Positions 61,519 to 64,000 of a DNA stretch of 64,000 bases are shown piece by piece. The translations under genes were made by a program, and so were the position numbers. The DNA is from Octopus sinensis (lineage: Eukaryota). The DNA lies in NCBI RefSeq assembly GCF_006345805.1, contig NC_043015.1, positions 49,538,001-49,602,000 of the forward strand. Direction: 5' to 3'. How positions within the stretch are numbered: position 1 is the first letter of the stretch; each line of letters begins with the position of its first letter. The notes beneath the pieces were generated by a model that made no database searches, had not been told where the DNA came from, and saw only the letters and a list, made by a program, of their open reading frames with translations.

Positions 61519-61842
61519 GAAGACTCCGCCGGTTACGACGACGAGGGTCCCAGCTGATACGATCAGCGGAACAGCTTGCTCGTGAAATTAACGTGCAAAT
61601 GGCTGAGCATTCCACAGACACGTGTACCCTTAACGTAGTTCTCGGGGATAATCAGCGTGACACAGAGAGTGACAAGGCTGACCCTTTGAAATACAAGTAC
61701 AACTCATTTTTGCCAGCTGAGTGGACTGGAGCAACGTGAAATAAAGTGTCTTGCTCAAGGACACAACGCGTCGCCGGGAATCGAACTCACAACCTTACGA
61801 TCATGAGCCGAATGCCCTAACCACTAAGCCACGCGCCCTCAC
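61519..61842 (-). mobile_element. SINE head B + tail X, young
   Basis: 12-bp TSD cgtacgatacat at 61507-61518 and 61843-61854. Confidence 0.9.
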
Positions 61843-62074
61843 CGTACGATACATAATGATCACGACGCCGACGATGATCACTGATCGTGTTAAATTTTAT
61901 AACCGGATATGCGGGTTTATAAGACTCTCATTGTTTAATTCTTAAATTTAGCCTAACAATTGATCGTATTTCTTTAGATAGGATACCGAGTGTATGAGTG
62001 TATTATCAAACATTACATGGGGATTTTTTTTGTCCCATTTTTTTCTGCAAAAAAGTAGGTGTATGACTAATGCA

Positions 62075-62385
62075 GTGGAGGTACATGGCCTAGTGGTTAG
62101 AGTAGCGGACTCGCGGTCGAGGGACCGCGGGTTCGAATCTCTGACCGGGCGATGTTTGTGTTTATGAGCGAAACACCTAAGCTCCACGCGGCTCCGGCAG
62201 AAGGTAATGGCGAACTTCTGCTGACTCTTTCGCCACAATTTTCTCTCACTCTTTCCTCCTGCATCTTGCGGCTAACCTGCGACGGACCGGCGTCCCGTCC
62301 ATTTGGGGAACCTATACGCCGAAGAAACTGGGAAACCGGCCCTAATGAACCAGGCATGGCTCGAGAAGGAACAAACAACAAATGT
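62075..62385 (+). mobile_element. SINE head D + tail Y
   Basis: 8-bp TSD ctaatgca; A/B boxes present. Confidence 0.85.
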
Positions 62386-62656
62386 CTAATGCAAAAACTG
62401 CTTAAATGGAGACAGTATAAATGTCTTCTTGCGAGCAATATTCTATTAAATTAATCATATTTTCCGAAGGTTCCATACACCCATGTCGCAAACAGCCTAC
62501 TTCAAGATTCAAACTAGATACACAGTCTGAGTAGAGGACCATTTTCAGTAAAAAAACTAACAATCAAGTCACCATCTATATATTTACAAACTAAATATAT
62601 ACAATAAATCTCCAAGTGATTTCCCCGCCGGGTGTATCGTAAATGGTGTACGTACC

Positions 62657-62891
62657 TATTTCTTTATTACCCACAAGGGGCTAAACATAGAGGGGACAAA
62701 CAAGGACAGACATAGGTATTAAGTCGATTACATCGACCCCAGTGCGTAACTGGTACTTAATTTATCGACCCCGAAAGGATGAAAGGCAAAGTCGACCTCG
62801 GCGGAATTTGAACTCAGAACGTAGCGGCAGACGAAATACCGCTCAGCATTTCGTCCGGCGCGCTAACGTTTCTGCCATCTCGCCGCCTTTT
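62657..62891 (-). mobile_element. Full-length family E SINE monomer (tail A)
   Basis: Perfect 17-bp TSD taaatggtgtacgtacc at 62640-62656 and 62892-62908. Confidence 0.9.
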
Positions 62892-62917
62892 TAAATGGTG
62901 TACGTACCGCCCGAGTT

Positions 62918-62958
62918 TTCACGACACGTGTTTCTGTTCTGCAACTCTCATCAGGTCC
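62918..62958 (-). ncRNA. Degenerate hammerhead-like motif
   Basis: ggac CTGATGA gagttgcagaaca GAAA cacgtg TC gtga; palindromic stem III. Confidence 0.4.
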
Positions 62959-63335
62959 CAGTTACGTTCTGTTCTTCTCAATGCTTTTCACTCTTTGTAT
63001 GCTATTTCTTATCAGAATAATTGCATAACGTGCATATAATTGAATAAGAAACGGAACCCTGAGCTTCATTTATCTGCGTAGTCAGATGAATGACGATATA
63101 ATGCCTGTATATTAAAAATGATAACGGTAACCTAAGTATGTTGTGCTAACACATTGTAACGGATACGAAATCAGACGACCTAAAATGTACTCTAAAGAAA
63201 GAAGCAGTAATTTCAGAAGCATGTTTATCAGAAACATCTTTTCTTGGTCACAAACTGATGCCATCTTCAGATGACAAGAAACGATTGGTGTAAATGCACA
63301 CTCATTGTTCTTATATTACAAAGACATCATATCTA

Positions 63336-63423
<88 letters not shown>

Positions 63424-63479
63424 ATCTATCTATATATTATATATATATATATTATATATATAATATATATATGTATGTA

Positions 63480-63891
63480 GGCGCAGGAGTGGCTGTGGTT
63501 AAGTAGCTTGCTTACCAGCCACATGGTTCCAGGTTCAGTCCCACTGCGTGGAATTTTAGGCAAGTGTCTTCTACTATAGCCTCGGGCCAACCAAAGCCTT
63601 GTGAGTGGATTTGGTAGACGGAAACTGAAAGAAGCCCGTCGTATATATATATATATATATGTGTATGTATGTATGTATGTGTGTATGTGTTTGTGCGTCT
63701 GTATTTGCCCCCCCCAAATCCCTTGACAACCGATGCTGGTGTGTTTACGTCCCCGTAACTTAGGGGTTCGGCTAAAGAGACCGATAGAATAAGTACTAGG
63801 CTTACAAAGAATAAGTCCTGGGGTCGATTTGCTCGACTAAAGGTGGTGCTCCAGCATGGCCGTAGTCAAATGACTGAAACAAGTAAAAGAG
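63480..63891 (+). mobile_element. SINE family C, full length
   Basis: tRNA-like head (tggctgtggttaag / ggttcagtccc), internal TA/TG tract, tail ...gtaaaagag. Confidence 0.85.
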
Positions 63892-63920
63892 ATATGTGTG
63901 TGTGGGGGGAGAGGTGTATA

Positions 63921-64000
63921 CAGGGTGCGATGAGTAAATTGTCGCCATTTTATATTATTTAGTTTCGCGCGTGCGCATTGTTTTTGAATTTATCGACTAC
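63921..64000 (+). mobile_element. Possible start of a Tc1/mariner-type element
   Basis: ta|cagggtgcg terminus; runs off the window. Confidence 0.35.

Noticed and set aside
61948-62050. Minus-strand acceptor plus RKKWDKKNPHVMFDN as the upstream exon of the 53.9-kb candidate
   Set aside because: Frame and donor are ambiguous; A-rich low-information sequence
63195-63275. Minus-strand CTGAAGA...GAAA hammerhead
   Set aside because: No stem III, cleavage triplet or stem I
1-64000. Most ORF-track entries (YI, HT, CV, LS, YLSI repeats; SINE-derived ORFs)
   Set aside because: They are translations of microsatellites or SINE consensus sequence, not genes

Overview
Eukaryotic, very repeat-rich, mostly non-coding DNA. 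The SINE families and the TA/CA/TACA/ATCT/ATT microsatellite load point to an octopod cephalopod (inference, not verified). No complete protein-coding gene, rRNA, bona fide tRNA or CRISPR array can be supported; most ORF-track entries are translated microsatellites or SINEs. The window holds four main tRNA-derived SINE head types, several MITEs and foldbacks, decayed mariner/Tc1/hAT transposases and LINE remnants, plus a few isolated candidate host exons (31.7 kb, 53.6-53.9 kb, 16.2 kb). Best leads: (1) several families of hammerhead-ribozyme-like motifs, including a tRNA-head element with a hammerhead in its tail and recurrent core variants; (2) SINE multimers (head + n x ~184-bp body/tail) inserted under a single target-site duplication; (3) three diverged copies of a LINE ORF1-like coding segment that share the SINE 3' tail; (4) a foldback mariner derivative in which a 15-bp (STKFV) unit expanded about 27-fold in frame. 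Coordinates were counted by hand and may be off by a few bases; family names come from motif recall, not database searches.
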